The notes beneath the pieces were generated by a model, which worked only from the letters and a program-made list of their open reading frames with translations, searched no databases and was not told the DNA's origin. The translations under genes were made by a program, and so were the position numbers. From the NCBI GenBank assembly GCA_963820525.1, contig CAWGAA010000001.1:2400001-2464000 (forward strand): a DNA stretch of 64,000 bases, given 5' to 3'. The stretch comes from an uncultured Spirochaetota bacterium (GTDB lineage: Bacteria > Spirochaetota > Spirochaetia > SZUA-6 > Fen-1364). Below, in pieces: positions 17,395-27,618 of the stretch (its first letter is position 1; each line of letters begins with the position of its first letter).

Positions 17395-18720
17395 ATGGAC
17401 GAACACCGAGTCAACGTGGGAATGGTTGGATTTGGCACTGTCGGCACCGGCGTGGCCAAATTGATATTGGAAAAGGGGGACCTGATTGCCGCCAAGACGG
17501 GAATCCGGCTCCATCTCTCCTGTATCGTGGACACGGACATCACGCGGCCCCGCCCTGTTTCCATCCCCCACGGCGTCCTCACCAGGGATTTGAACGCGCT
17601 CGTCAAGAATCCCGACATCCAGATCGGCGTCGAGCTTGTCGGCGGAACGGGCGCGGCACGGGACGTGCAGAGAAAGCTCCTTGAATCCGGAAAGGATGTC
17701 GTTACCGCCAACAAGGCCCTGCTGGCGACGCACGGGAGCGAGCTCTACGACCTTGCCCGCGCGAAAGGCCGGTGCATCGCCTTCGAGGCGAGCTGCGGCG
17801 GCGGGATCCCCATCATCTCGTCGATCCGCGCGGGGCTGGCCGCCAATGAGATCCAGGCGATCTTCGGGATCGTCAACGGAACCAGCAATTTCATCCTCTC
17901 CAGCATGACGGCGAAAGGCCTCTCCTTCCCCGAGGCGCTCGCCCTGGCCCAGAAGAAGGGATACGCCGAGGCGGATCCCAGCCTCGACATCGGCGGCGGC
18001 GACTCCGCCCACAAGCTGGCCATCCTCGCCTCCATAGCGTTCGGCGACGAGATCCTGCTCGAGGACATCGCGGTGGAGGGTATCCAGGGAATCTCGCATG
18101 ACGACATCCGCTATGGCGCCGAGATGGGCTATTCACTGAAGCTCCTGGCGATCGGCCAGAAAAGCGGGGCGGGCAAGATCTCTCTGCGGGTCCACCCCTC
18201 GTTCATCGACAAGGAAAGCGAGCTGGCGCGGGTCGACGGCCCGTTCAATGCCATCAGCGTCTTCGGTCACGCCGTCGGTCAGGTGATGTTCTACGGCCGC
18301 GGGGCGGGCATGATGCCGACGGCGAGCGCCGTTGTGGCGGACATCATCGACGTCGCCCTGGGCAACTCCGCCCAGGTCTTCAAGCACATGCTGATCCGGC
18401 CCCGTGCCGAGGCTGCCGGCCGCATCGAAAAGATCGACGACCTGGTGAGCAGATTCTACATCCGTGTCATGGCCAAGGACGAGCCGGGAGTCTTCGCCGC
18501 CCTGAGCAGGATCCTGGCAGACCATCGCATCAGCATCTCCGGCGCCCTGCAGCACGAGGGCACCGGTCCGGACAACTCCGTTCCGGTCGTGATCGTCACG
18601 CATGCCACGGGAGAGCGGAACATGGCGGCCGCGCTGAAGGAGCTCTCGACGCTCAGCGTGGTCAGCGGCAAGCCCGTCCATATCAGGATCGTCGACATCC
18701 CCGAGGACAGGGACGGGTAG
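17395..18720 (+). CDS. hom: Homoserine dehydrogenase with C-terminal ACT domain
   Basis: GFGTVGTG, VVTANKALLA, FEASCGGGIPII, GIVNGTSNFIL, GYAEADPSLD, GRGAG..PTASAV, ACT domain DEPGVFA. Confidence 0.97.
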   Translation: MDEHRVNVGMVGFGTVGTGVAKLILEKGDLIAAKTGIRLHLSCIVDTDITRPRPVSIPHGVLTRDLNALVKNPDIQIGVELVGGTGAARDVQRKLLESGKDVVTANKALLATHGSELYDLARAKGRCIAFEASCGGGIPIISSIRAGLAANEIQAIFGIVNGTSNFILSSMTAKGLSFPEALALAQKKGYAEADPSLDIGGGDSAHKLAILASIAFGDEILLEDIAVEGIQGISHDDIRYGAEMGYSLKLLAIGQKSGAGKISLRVHPSFIDKESELARVDGPFNAISVFGHAVGQVMFYGRGAGMMPTASAVVADIIDVALGNSAQVFKHMLIRPRAEAAGRIEKIDDLVSRFYIRVMAKDEPGVFAALSRILADHRISISGALQHEGTGPDNSVPVVIVTHATGERNMAAALKELSTLSVVSGKPVHIRIVDIPEDRDG

Positions 18721-18734
18721 GCAGGAATCGCACG

Positions 18735-19922
18735 ATGCCCAAGTACGTGATCATCGTGCCGGATGGCGCCGCCGATGAGCCGATGGGCGAACTCGGCGGA
18801 CGGACGGCATTCGAAGCCGCCGAGATCCCCCAGATGGACCGCATCGCCGCAGATGGCCGGCTGGGGATGGTGCGGACGGTGCCGCGGGGGATGGAGCCGG
18901 GCAGCGACGTGGCCCAGATGAGCCTCCTGGGCTACGATCCGGCGCTGTTTTACACCGGCCGGGCGCCGATCGAGGCCGCTGCCAAGGATATCCGCCTGGG
19001 ACCTCGGGACTGGGTGTTCCGCTGCAACCTCGTCACGATCGCGGACGGAAAGATGGCGGACCACAGCGCCGGTCATATCTCCACCGAGGAGGCAGCGAGG
19101 CTGATTTCTGATCTGGCCCGGCAGGTCGGCACGGAGAGCCTGGAGTTTCATACCGGAGTCAGCTATCGGCACCTTATGGTGTGCAGGGGAATGGATTTCG
19201 ACGTGCGCACCTGTCCTCCCCACGACCATCTGGGCAAGGCCGTCGAAGAGCTCATGCCGCAGGGCACGGGAACCGATTTCATGCGGGGCCTGATGTCCCG
19301 ATCCGTCTCGCTTTTCCAGAACCACGAAGTCAACAAGGCCCGCCGGTGTCTGGGAAAGAATCCGGCCAGCTCCATCTGGCTGTGGGGCCAGGGCAGGCAG
19401 GCCGTGCTGGAAGGGTTCCAGCGGCGCTTCGGGTTTTCAGGCGCCGCAATTACCGCGGTGGACCTTGCGCGGGGGCTTGCCAAGCTGATCGGCTTCGACG
19501 TCATCGAGGTCCCCGGGGCCACGGGTTTCTTCGATACAAACTACGCGGGCAAGGCCGCTGCCGCGATCCAGGCCCTGCGAGATCACGACCTTGTTTTCAT
19601 CCACATCGAGGCCCCTGACGAAGCGTCCCACGCGGGAAACGCCGAGATCAAGGTGAAGTCCCTGGAGCGGATAGACCGGATCGTCGTCGGCCCCGTGCTC
19701 GATGCGCTCAAAGGCTACGAGCATTGGCGGATCCTGGTAATGCCGGATCATCCCACCTCCGTGCGAACGCGCGGCCACTCGGACCAGCCAGTTCCATTCG
19801 CCATGGCCGGGTCCGGCATTGCGGCTCGGGAGAAGAAGCCGTTCACGGAGTCCAATGCGGCCGCCTCCGGCCTTTGCATCGATAAGGGCCACGAGCTCAT
19901 GGAGTACTTCTTCAAGAGCTGA
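18735..19922 (+). CDS. apgM: Cofactor-independent phosphoglycerate mutase family protein (ApgM-like)
   Basis: DGAADEP, PGSDVA, YTGRAPIEAA, FRCNLVT, GVSYRHL, HIEAPDEASH, PDHPT...H. Confidence 0.9.
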   Translation: MPKYVIIVPDGAADEPMGELGGRTAFEAAEIPQMDRIAADGRLGMVRTVPRGMEPGSDVAQMSLLGYDPALFYTGRAPIEAAAKDIRLGPRDWVFRCNLVTIADGKMADHSAGHISTEEAARLISDLARQVGTESLEFHTGVSYRHLMVCRGMDFDVRTCPPHDHLGKAVEELMPQGTGTDFMRGLMSRSVSLFQNHEVNKARRCLGKNPASSIWLWGQGRQAVLEGFQRRFGFSGAAITAVDLARGLAKLIGFDVIEVPGATGFFDTNYAGKAAAAIQALRDHDLVFIHIEAPDEASHAGNAEIKVKSLERIDRIVVGPVLDALKGYEHWRILVMPDHPTSVRTRGHSDQPVPFAMAGSGIAAREKKPFTESNAAASGLCIDKGHELMEYFFKS

Positions 19923-19959
19923 AGAGCCGCCCCCGCGGCCTCGGCGGTATATTCATTCC

Positions 19960-20424
19960 GTGACGGTCGTCATTGTCGTCCTCTGCTCTCTGTTGGCTGT
20001 CACGCCGCTCTTCTCCCAGGCCAAAGGATGCCCGGATCCCCTGGCTGTCGTAGAGAAGTTTTACGCTTCCAACGACGCGGCGCGCTACGGGGCGAGCGCA
20101 GCGCTCCTGACTCCCGATGCCACGCTGGCTTCATGGTCCGAGGGCGTGAACGGGCATCACATGCTGGAAAGGCGCATCAGCGGCACGGAAAGGATCCGGC
20201 CCTTTCTTGGAACGCCCGGTTTCCGCCATGTCTCGGGCAGGCCCGACGGCATGATCTACCGGGAGACGAAAACCGTGGTCTCCCGGAACGCGGTGATTTT
20301 CATGCTGGTTCCCGATCGACAGCGGCCCAACGGCAGGCCCTACAACCCGTATCGCGTGGAGATCGTTCTGCGGGGATGCGCCATCGCCTCCCTCACCGTC
20401 GTTGAATTGATTACGTGGCTCTGA
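19960..20424 (+). CDS. Exported hypothetical protein, possibly NTF2/SnoaL-like fold
   Basis: Signal-peptide-like N-terminus from GTG 19960, then DPLAVVEKFY...AALLTPDA, a SnoaL-like start. Confidence 0.55.
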   Translation: MTVVIVVLCSLLAVTPLFSQAKGCPDPLAVVEKFYASNDAARYGASAALLTPDATLASWSEGVNGHHMLERRISGTERIRPFLGTPGFRHVSGRPDGMIYRETKTVVSRNAVIFMLVPDRQRPNGRPYNPYRVEIVLRGCAIASLTVVELITWL

Positions 20425-20473
20425 TGCCCGGCGAACCCGGCCAGAGGGTTGCCTGCCTCTCATCCTCGGGCAT

Positions 20474-22897
20474 TCACCCTTCCAGCACCTTTCGCACGGT
20501 CCTCGCCAGCATCTTCGGGGTAAAGGGCTTCTGGAGATACGCCGTGCCCTCCGCGGAAGCCATTCCGCCGGGAGCGCCCTGCTCCGAGTAGCCGGAAATG
20601 AAGAGCACCTTGACCCGCGGGAACATGCTGGTGAGGCGGTCTGCCAGATCGCGGCCTCCCATCATGGGCAGAACGACATCCGTGATCAGAAGGTCCACGG
20701 GGGTTTGGCTGGAGGGAATGAGGCTGAGCGCCTCTTCTGCGGATCCGCACGGTACAACCGAATAGCCGAGGTGAGTCAGAATCCGGTTGGCAAGCTTGCG
20801 GACGATCTCGTTGTCCTCGACAAGGGCAATCCTCTCCGTTCCCCGCGGTATCGTATCGAGGTCCGGCTTCTCCAGGGCGGAGGGAGTCTCCTGGTCGAGC
20901 CGGGGCAAAAGGACCCGAACGGTCGTGCCCTTTCCGGGATCGCTTTCAACGGAGATGTGACCGCCGCTCTGCTTGACGATGCCGTACACGGTGGCGAGTC
21001 CCAGCCCGGTGCCCTTCCCTTCCTCCTTTGTCGTATAGAAGGGCTCGAAAAGGTGCCCCTGAACCTCCTCGCTCATGCCCATGCCGGTATCGCGGACCGC
21101 CAGCATCACGAAGGAGCCGGGCTGGGCGCCCGGCTGGCCGCGGGCATACCCTTCGTTGACGTCCACGTTTTCCGTGGAAATGACGAGGTCCCCGCCGCCG
21201 GGCATGGCATCGCGGGCATTGACCACCAGGTTCATGATGACCTGCTGGATCTGCCCGGGGTCCGCCGTGACCAGACAGGCGCGCGGATCCAGGAGCACTT
21301 TCAGCGAGATATCCTCCCCGATGAGGTGGCGGAGCATCTTCTCGATGTCGGTGACGATCGCATTCACGTCGAGAAGCTGAGCCTGGAGAACCTGCTTCCT
21401 GCTGAACGCGAGAAGCTGTCGGGTCAGCCCGGCGGCCCTGTCGGCCGCTTTCTTGATCTCGTCAATCTCGGCCCGTGACGGGCTTTCCGGCGGGATATCG
21501 CTCGCGAGCAGCTCCGAGTACCCCATGATCGCCGTGAGCAGGTTGTTGAAATCGTGGGCAACGCCGCCCGCCAGGCGGCCGATCGCTTCCATCTTCTGAG
21601 CCTGGAGGTACCGGCTCTCCAGCTGAAGCTCATTGGTGATATCGCGCTGCACGTCCACGAAGTTCACGACCGTTCCGCCCCCGTCCCTGACCGGCGTGAT
21701 GGAGGCGTCCACCGTATAGGGGGCGCCGTCCTTGCGCCTGTTCTCGAAGCGGCCGCGCCATTCCCGGCCGCCGATGAGGGTCTCCCACATTTCCCGATAG
21801 AACTGGGAATCCTGCCTGCCGCTGGAAAGGAAGGATGCGTCCTTGCCGATCACCTCGGCGCGCCCGTATCCCGTCATCCTCTCGAATCCGGGATTCACGT
21901 ACTGGATGAGGCCCTCGGTGTCCGTGATGATGATGCTGTCGGCGGACTGCTCGATGGTGGTGCTCAGGCGGCGGCGGTCCCGCTCCAGTCGCGTGCGGGT
22001 CACGGCGCTGGACAGGTGACCGGCCACGCTGCCGACCAGCTCCGCCTTGTCCTCCGTGAAATGACTCGCCTCCGAGATCGCCAGCACCAGCCCGCCCACC
22101 GTCTCTCCCGCCACGCTCAACGGGATGAGCGCGAGAGAGGAGATCGGGCGGGCGGAGAGCACCTGGTGAAGGCTCGGCAGGCGCGGGTCCCGCGTGAGCC
22201 GATCCACGATCAGGGGCGCCTTGAGGCCGGAAAGGATCGCGATCATAGAGCTCTCGGAAAGGGGATACGGCTCTTCGAGGAGGGAAAGCGCATCGTCCTC
22301 GGCTCGGTATTCCGCCATGGCGCGAAGCTCGGTGCGCTGCTCGTTGAACAGGAAGGCCGCGGTCTGAAAGGCGTTCAATGCGAGGGTGAGCTCGCGGCAG
22401 GCGATCTGCAGGAACGCCCGTTCATCCGTGCTGTCCGCCGAAGCGGCGATGATCCTGTTGAGGAGGGTGAGCTCGGTATTGCGGAAACGGATCTGCTCTT
22501 CGGCGCGGAGCTTTTCGTCCTGGAGCTTCCTCGCCTCCAGCGCCTGGTGGATGGCGGGCCCCAGCCTTGCCAGCCGGTCCTTCAGCAGGTAGTCCGTGGC
22601 GCCTTCCTTCATGCACGAGACGGCCGCCTCTTCGCTGATGCTGCCGGTCACCACGATGAACGGCACGCTCAAGCCCTTCTCTTTCAGGAGCCTGAGGGCG
22701 TGAAGCGCATCGAACTGGGGAAGGGCGAAATCGGCCAGAATCACATCGAGGCAGGGATCGAGGGCGGAAACGAAGTCCCTCTCATTGTCGACGTGCCGGT
22801 ATTCCAGGTCGAAGCCTGCCTTGCCCAGCTCGTAGACGATCAGCTCGAGGTCGGTGGCCGTGTCTTCCAGGATCAGCGCGCGCAGGGGCTCCGGCAT
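20474..22897 (-). CDS. Hybrid sensor histidine kinase (REC-GAF-PAS-HisKA-HATPase-REC)
   Basis: N-terminal receiver, PAS (YVNPGFERMTGY), H-box GGVAHDFNNLL, NLVVNARDAM, GTGLGL, C-terminal receiver. Confidence 0.95.
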   Translation of the reverse strand: MPEPLRALILEDTATDLELIVYELGKAGFDLEYRHVDNERDFVSALDPCLDVILADFALPQFDALHALRLLKEKGLSVPFIVVTGSISEEAAVSCMKEGATDYLLKDRLARLGPAIHQALEARKLQDEKLRAEEQIRFRNTELTLLNRIIAASADSTDERAFLQIACRELTLALNAFQTAAFLFNEQRTELRAMAEYRAEDDALSLLEEPYPLSESSMIAILSGLKAPLIVDRLTRDPRLPSLHQVLSARPISSLALIPLSVAGETVGGLVLAISEASHFTEDKAELVGSVAGHLSSAVTRTRLERDRRRLSTTIEQSADSIIITDTEGLIQYVNPGFERMTGYGRAEVIGKDASFLSSGRQDSQFYREMWETLIGGREWRGRFENRRKDGAPYTVDASITPVRDGGGTVVNFVDVQRDITNELQLESRYLQAQKMEAIGRLAGGVAHDFNNLLTAIMGYSELLASDIPPESPSRAEIDEIKKAADRAAGLTRQLLAFSRKQVLQAQLLDVNAIVTDIEKMLRHLIGEDISLKVLLDPRACLVTADPGQIQQVIMNLVVNARDAMPGGGDLVISTENVDVNEGYARGQPGAQPGSFVMLAVRDTGMGMSEEVQGHLFEPFYTTKEEGKGTGLGLATVYGIVKQSGGHISVESDPGKGTTVRVLLPRLDQETPSALEKPDLDTIPRGTERIALVEDNEIVRKLANRILTHLGYSVVPCGSAEEALSLIPSSQTPVDLLITDVVLPMMGGRDLADRLTSMFPRVKVLFISGYSEQGAPGGMASAEGTAYLQKPFTPKMLARTVRKVLEG

Positions 22898-22918
22898 TGT
22901 CGGCCTCCGGACCGGCGG

Positions 22919-23398
22919 CTACCCGTCATGCCCGACGGATGCACCGTCCTGGAAATCCGCGCTCGCCCGCTGGTTCAGCTGCAGCCAGTAGATCCCGATT
23001 CTCTGGACCGTGTGAGCGAACGCGTCGAAGTCCACGGGCTTCACGACGTAGCTGTTCGCCCCCAGCCGGTAGCTTTCCTCGATGTCGGGCTCCTCCTTCG
23101 ACGAGGTCAACACCACCACGGGGATCGACTTCGTTCGCGGATCGGACTTTATCCTGCGCAGAACCTCGATCCCGTCCACCCGAGGCAGCTTCAAATCGAG
23201 CAGCACCATCTTCAGGGCGCCTGGTCCGCCGCGCGTGGAGAAGCGCCCCGTGCTGAAGATATAGTCCATCGCTTCCACCCCGTCTCCAACCACCTCGATG
23301 CGGGTGGCGAGCTTGTGCTTCTTCAGGGCGTACAGGGTCAACTCGACGTCGCGGGGATTGTCTTCCACCAGCAGAATCTCTCCGGCATCTGCGGTCAT
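22919..23398 (-). CDS. Single-domain response regulator (Rcp1/CheY-like)
   Basis: LLVEDNP, LLDLKLPRVDG, VVLTSS, GANSYVVKP. Confidence 0.95.
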   Translation of the reverse strand: MTADAGEILLVEDNPRDVELTLYALKKHKLATRIEVVGDGVEAMDYIFSTGRFSTRGGPGALKMVLLDLKLPRVDGIEVLRRIKSDPRTKSIPVVVLTSSKEEPDIEESYRLGANSYVVKPVDFDAFAHTVQRIGIYWLQLNQRASADFQDGASVGHDG

Positions 23399-23568
23399 GA
23401 GAGCCTCCAGGCGGGGGAAACGGGCATGGAGAAATTATAGTGGGACTCAATCGATCCCGCAAGGAGAATCCTCTGCGGGAGGGAATGAACGGGAGGCGGC
23501 CAAATTGAGCCCGGGGGGCGGACGCGCTATACTCACTCGAGGCTGCCGCGGAGCTCGAGGGGGATGCC

Positions 23569-26538
23569 ATGAATGCCGGAAGACCGAAATCGCGTCCGAG
23601 GATCGGATTCCTGACCTACGGGATCTGGGACCCGTTCGGGATGAGCATGTGGCACGGCGTCCTTGACGGCGCGGCCGAAGAAGACGCCGATCTCGTCTGC
23701 TTTGTCGGAGGAGACCTCCAGGCGGACCCGCGCGTCCAGGACGCTCAGGCCAACATCATCTACGAGCTTGCCGGCCCGAAGACAGTGGACGGCCTGGTCA
23801 TGTGCGGAAGCGCGATGAGCAGCTACATCGGTGCGGATGCGTTCTCCCGTTTCTGCGGCCGATTCCGGCCGCTTCCCATGGTGAACATCTCCACTGCTGT
23901 CGAAGGAATCCCCTGCCTGTTCGTGGACAATTATCAAGGAATCCGTGATGTCATGACCCACCTCTTCGACGTGCACGCCTGCCGGCGGGTGGCATTCATT
24001 CCCGGCCCACCGGGAAACCCCGAAGCCCAGGACCGCTACCGGGCGTATGTCGACGCGCTTCAGCAGCGCGACATCCCCTTCGAGGCAGGCCTGGTAAGCC
24101 CGCCGGGAGACTGGAAGCCAGGATCGGCGTACCAGGCCGTCCGCGTCCTGCTGGACCAGCGCAACGCCCGTCCCGACGCCATTGTGGCGGCCAACGACGG
24201 CATGGCTATCGGCGCCCTGCAGGCATTGCGCGCCCGGCGCATCGGCGTGCCGGATGACATCATCGTCACGGGATTCAACGATTCCGAGGAGGTCAGCTTC
24301 ATGGACCCTCCCCTGACCACGGTACGCGCCCCCGTGTATGAACAGTTCGCGAAGGCCACGAAGATGGCCCTGGCGCAGGTTCGGGGCAAGAAGGTCCCGT
24401 GGCGGCTCGTGCTCCCCGCAGCGCTCGTTGTCCGGCAGTCCTGCGGCTGCATGGACCCGAAGGTGCTCCAGGCGGCCATGGGGCAGGCGGCGGACTTCGA
24501 AAGCGCCGGCATCCCTCTCCCCCATTCCGAGCACGAGCGGATCTCGCGGGAGCTGGCGGTGGCCACCGAGGGACGGCTCCCGGCCCATCCCGCGCGGTGG
24601 GCCTCGAGCCTGCTTGATGCTCTGATCGCCGAGGTGGAGCGGGGCCGATCCGGCGAGTTCCTGCATACGCTGAACAGGGAGATGAGTCTGGCCGTGGCGG
24701 CGGGAAGCGATCCCAGCGATTGGCACGCGGTCCTCTCCGCGCTTCGCCGAAACATGGCGGGCCGATTCGGCGGGATCAAGAGCTCGCGGGCCGAGGATCT
24801 CTGGCAGCAGGCGCGCGTGACGATCGGGGAAGCGGGGCGCGTGGTTGAAAAGCGCCAGGCATGGAACAAGACGCAGCAGGCGCAGATGATGGCGGAGATC
24901 GAGGGGGCCATTCTCGCCACTTTCGACCAGGCCGAGATGATGGACCTGCTGGCTTTGAAGCTGCCGAGGCTCGGCATCCCGGGCTGCTACATTTCGCTCT
25001 ATGAAAGTCCCTCGGCTCCCCGGGAATCCGCGCGGCTGATCCTCGGCTATAGCGAGGGGGGCCGCGTGCCGCTGGACTCCGATGGGATGCGGTTTCCCGC
25101 CGTCGACCTCATTCCCGAGGAGCTTCGCGCCGGAGAGAGGCGATCCTCCTTTCTCGTGGAGCCGCTGTACTTCCAGGAGAGCCAGCTCGGCTTCGTCGTG
25201 TTCGAGGTCGGACCGCGAGACGGGACCGTCTACGAGATCCTCCGGCGGGAGCTCTCCAGCGCCCTGCAGGGGGCGCTCCTCGGGCGCCGGCTGCGGGAAC
25301 ATGCGGCGCGCCTGGCGCGCCAGCAGTACATCCTCGACACCTTCATGGAAAACGTTCCCGATTTCATCTACTTCAAGGATCGCGAGGGGAAGTTCCTGCG
25401 GACCAACAACGCCCTTGCGGCCCAATTCGGCCTGAGCGATCCCGAGACGCAGATCGGAAAGAGCGATTTCGACTTCTTTCCTCCCGAGGAAGCGCGGAAG
25501 AAAAGCGAATTGGAGCACGCGATCCTCGAAAGCGGCAGGCCGGTGAGCATCGAGGAGCAGAGCACGCGAAAAGGCGGCACAAAGGTCTGGATGCTTACCA
25601 CCAAGATGCCGCTTTGCGACGAAAACGGCGACATCATCGGCACGTTCGGAATATCGCGCGACATCACGGAGATGAAGCTGGCGCAGGCGGCGCTGGAAAG
25701 CGCATACACCGAGGTTGAGAAGCTGGTGGAGAAGCGCACCGCCGAGCTCAAACGGGAGATCTCCGAGCGAAGGCGCGCCGAGCAGGAGGTCCAGCAGCTC
25801 AACGCCGCGCTGGAGCGGAGGGTGGCCGAGCGCACGGCGCAGCTGGAAGCGGCCAACAGGGAGCTGGAGGCATTCGCCTACTCCGTCTCCCATGATCTTC
25901 GCGCCCCCTTGCGGGCTATCGACGGCTATACCCGAATCCTCATCGAGGAATATGGAGCGGCGCTGGACAGCGAAGGAATGCGGGTGTGCAACGTCGTGAG
26001 CGCCGAAACCCGCCGCATGGGGAAGCTCATCGACGAGCTTCTCGCCTTCTCCCGCCTCCAGAGGGCCGATATCAAACCTTCTCCCATCGACATGGAGGAG
26101 CTGGTGAAATCCGAGTTAGATCGCGTGACGACACCGGAGGATCGGCGGCGTACCGAGCTGCGCCTGTCGCCGCTGGAGCCGGCCGTGGGAGACCCGACCC
26201 TGATCCGTCAGGTCTGGACAAACCTTCTTTCCAACGCCGTCAAGTTTTCATCCAAGAGAGAACGGGCCCTCATCGAAGTGGGCTCGAGGAAGGAGAGCGG
26301 GGAAATTCTGTACTGGGTGCGTGACAACGGAGCCGGTTTCGACATGCGCTACACGGCAAAGCTGTTCGGCGTGTTCCAGCGCCTGCACAGCGAGCGGGAT
26401 TTCGAGGGAAGCGGCGTAGGCCTGGCCATCGTGCAGCGCATTCTCCATCGTCATGGGGGCCGCGTCTGGGCGGAAAGCGAGGTGGACAACGGCGCCACAT
26501 TCTTCTTTACCCTTCCGCAGTCTCACGGAAGCGGCTGA
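23569..26538 (+). CDS. Cytoplasmic histidine kinase with N-terminal LacI-type sugar-binding domain and PAS
   Basis: VDNYQG, RVAFIPGP, AIVAANDGMAIG, GFND...PPLTTV (LacI ligand domain without HTH); PAS IYFKDREG; FAYSVSHDLRAPLR, NLLSNAVKF, GVGLAIV. Confidence 0.93.
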   Translation: MNAGRPKSRPRIGFLTYGIWDPFGMSMWHGVLDGAAEEDADLVCFVGGDLQADPRVQDAQANIIYELAGPKTVDGLVMCGSAMSSYIGADAFSRFCGRFRPLPMVNISTAVEGIPCLFVDNYQGIRDVMTHLFDVHACRRVAFIPGPPGNPEAQDRYRAYVDALQQRDIPFEAGLVSPPGDWKPGSAYQAVRVLLDQRNARPDAIVAANDGMAIGALQALRARRIGVPDDIIVTGFNDSEEVSFMDPPLTTVRAPVYEQFAKATKMALAQVRGKKVPWRLVLPAALVVRQSCGCMDPKVLQAAMGQAADFESAGIPLPHSEHERISRELAVATEGRLPAHPARWASSLLDALIAEVERGRSGEFLHTLNREMSLAVAAGSDPSDWHAVLSALRRNMAGRFGGIKSSRAEDLWQQARVTIGEAGRVVEKRQAWNKTQQAQMMAEIEGAILATFDQAEMMDLLALKLPRLGIPGCYISLYESPSAPRESARLILGYSEGGRVPLDSDGMRFPAVDLIPEELRAGERRSSFLVEPLYFQESQLGFVVFEVGPRDGTVYEILRRELSSALQGALLGRRLREHAARLARQQYILDTFMENVPDFIYFKDREGKFLRTNNALAAQFGLSDPETQIGKSDFDFFPPEEARKKSELEHAILESGRPVSIEEQSTRKGGTKVWMLTTKMPLCDENGDIIGTFGISRDITEMKLAQAALESAYTEVEKLVEKRTAELKREISERRRAEQEVQQLNAALERRVAERTAQLEAANRELEAFAYSVSHDLRAPLRAIDGYTRILIEEYGAALDSEGMRVCNVVSAETRRMGKLIDELLAFSRLQRADIKPSPIDMEELVKSELDRVTTPEDRRRTELRLSPLEPAVGDPTLIRQVWTNLLSNAVKFSSKRERALIEVGSRKESGEILYWVRDNGAGFDMRYTAKLFGVFQRLHSERDFEGSGVGLAIVQRILHRHGGRVWAESEVDNGATFFFTLPQSHGSG

Positions 26539-26552
26539 AAAGGGGTCAGTCG

Positions 26553-27590
26553 ATGATGAAAACGCGTCATATCGTCCTGGCCGGCATCGGGGCCGTCGCT
26601 CTTGCTGCCGCAGCCTTTCTGCTCTGGGTCTTTGCGACATTGTACTCCGGCGGGTCACCCGCCGTTCTTCCCGTGGGACGGTTGGAACCCGAGGCTGTCA
26701 GGGCCCTCCGGCGCATACCGACCATGAGCAATATTCAGGCTAAATACAGGATGATCCGCGTCATCGAAAGGCTGACTCCGCCGGCACGAGACATCCCCAT
26801 GGCCAGAATCGAGGACAGAGGGATCCCGGGGCCCGCGGGCGCCATCCCCGCCAGCGTGTATGTCCCCCAGGGAGACGGGCCGTTCGGCATCATCCTCTAT
26901 ATCCACGGCGGAGGGTTCATCATCGGAAGCATCCCCCTGGTGGACCGCATTTCGCGCACCCTCGCCAGGGACAATGCCTTCGTCGTTGTTTCAATAGAAT
27001 ACCGCCTCGCGCCGGAGCACCCCTTTCCCGCTGCGCCGGATGACTGCTATGCCGCCCTGCTCTGGACGGTCGCGCACGCCCGTGAGCTGAACTGCGATAC
27101 ATCGCGCCTGGTTGTCGCCGGAGATAGCGCGGGGGGAAACCTGGCCGCGGTGCTCTGCCTGATGTCCCGCGACAGAGGCGGCCCCCGGATAGCAAAGCAG
27201 GTGCTGTTCTACCCCGCCGTGGACTCGCACGAGCCTGAATCTGAGCGCAGATACCCTTCCCTGGCCGAGAATGCCGAAGGTTTCATGCTCACGGCGGAAG
27301 GCATGAGGGAGTTCGGCCGCATGTATTCCCCCGACCCCGCCAGTGAAAACAACGCTTACCTTCATCCCATGAAAGCCAAAAGCCTGTCCGGACTTCCTCC
27401 AGCCTTTATTTCGACGGCGGAATTCGATCCCCTGCGGGATGAAGGGGAGGCTTATGCGAAACGCCTTGCGGCGGACGGCGTGAGCGTGGAGCTCATGCGC
27501 ATCCCCGGCGTTCCCCATGGGTACATGAGCATGCTCGCCTCGGCCTCACGAAAGACCTTCGACGCGGTACAGGCTTTTCTGGCGAACTGA
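26553..27590 (+). CDS. Alpha/beta hydrolase, HSL-family esterase with N-terminal membrane anchor
   Basis: HGGGF, YRLAPEHPFPA, GDSAGG, EFDPLRDEG, HG catalytic motifs. Confidence 0.93.
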   Translation: MMKTRHIVLAGIGAVALAAAAFLLWVFATLYSGGSPAVLPVGRLEPEAVRALRRIPTMSNIQAKYRMIRVIERLTPPARDIPMARIEDRGIPGPAGAIPASVYVPQGDGPFGIILYIHGGGFIIGSIPLVDRISRTLARDNAFVVVSIEYRLAPEHPFPAAPDDCYAALLWTVAHARELNCDTSRLVVAGDSAGGNLAAVLCLMSRDRGGPRIAKQVLFYPAVDSHEPESERRYPSLAENAEGFMLTAEGMREFGRMYSPDPASENNAYLHPMKAKSLSGLPPAFISTAEFDPLRDEGEAYAKRLAADGVSVELMRIPGVPHGYMSMLASASRKTFDAVQAFLAN

Positions 27591-27618
27591 ACGCTCCTGC
27601 GTGGGGCGCCCCCCCTCT

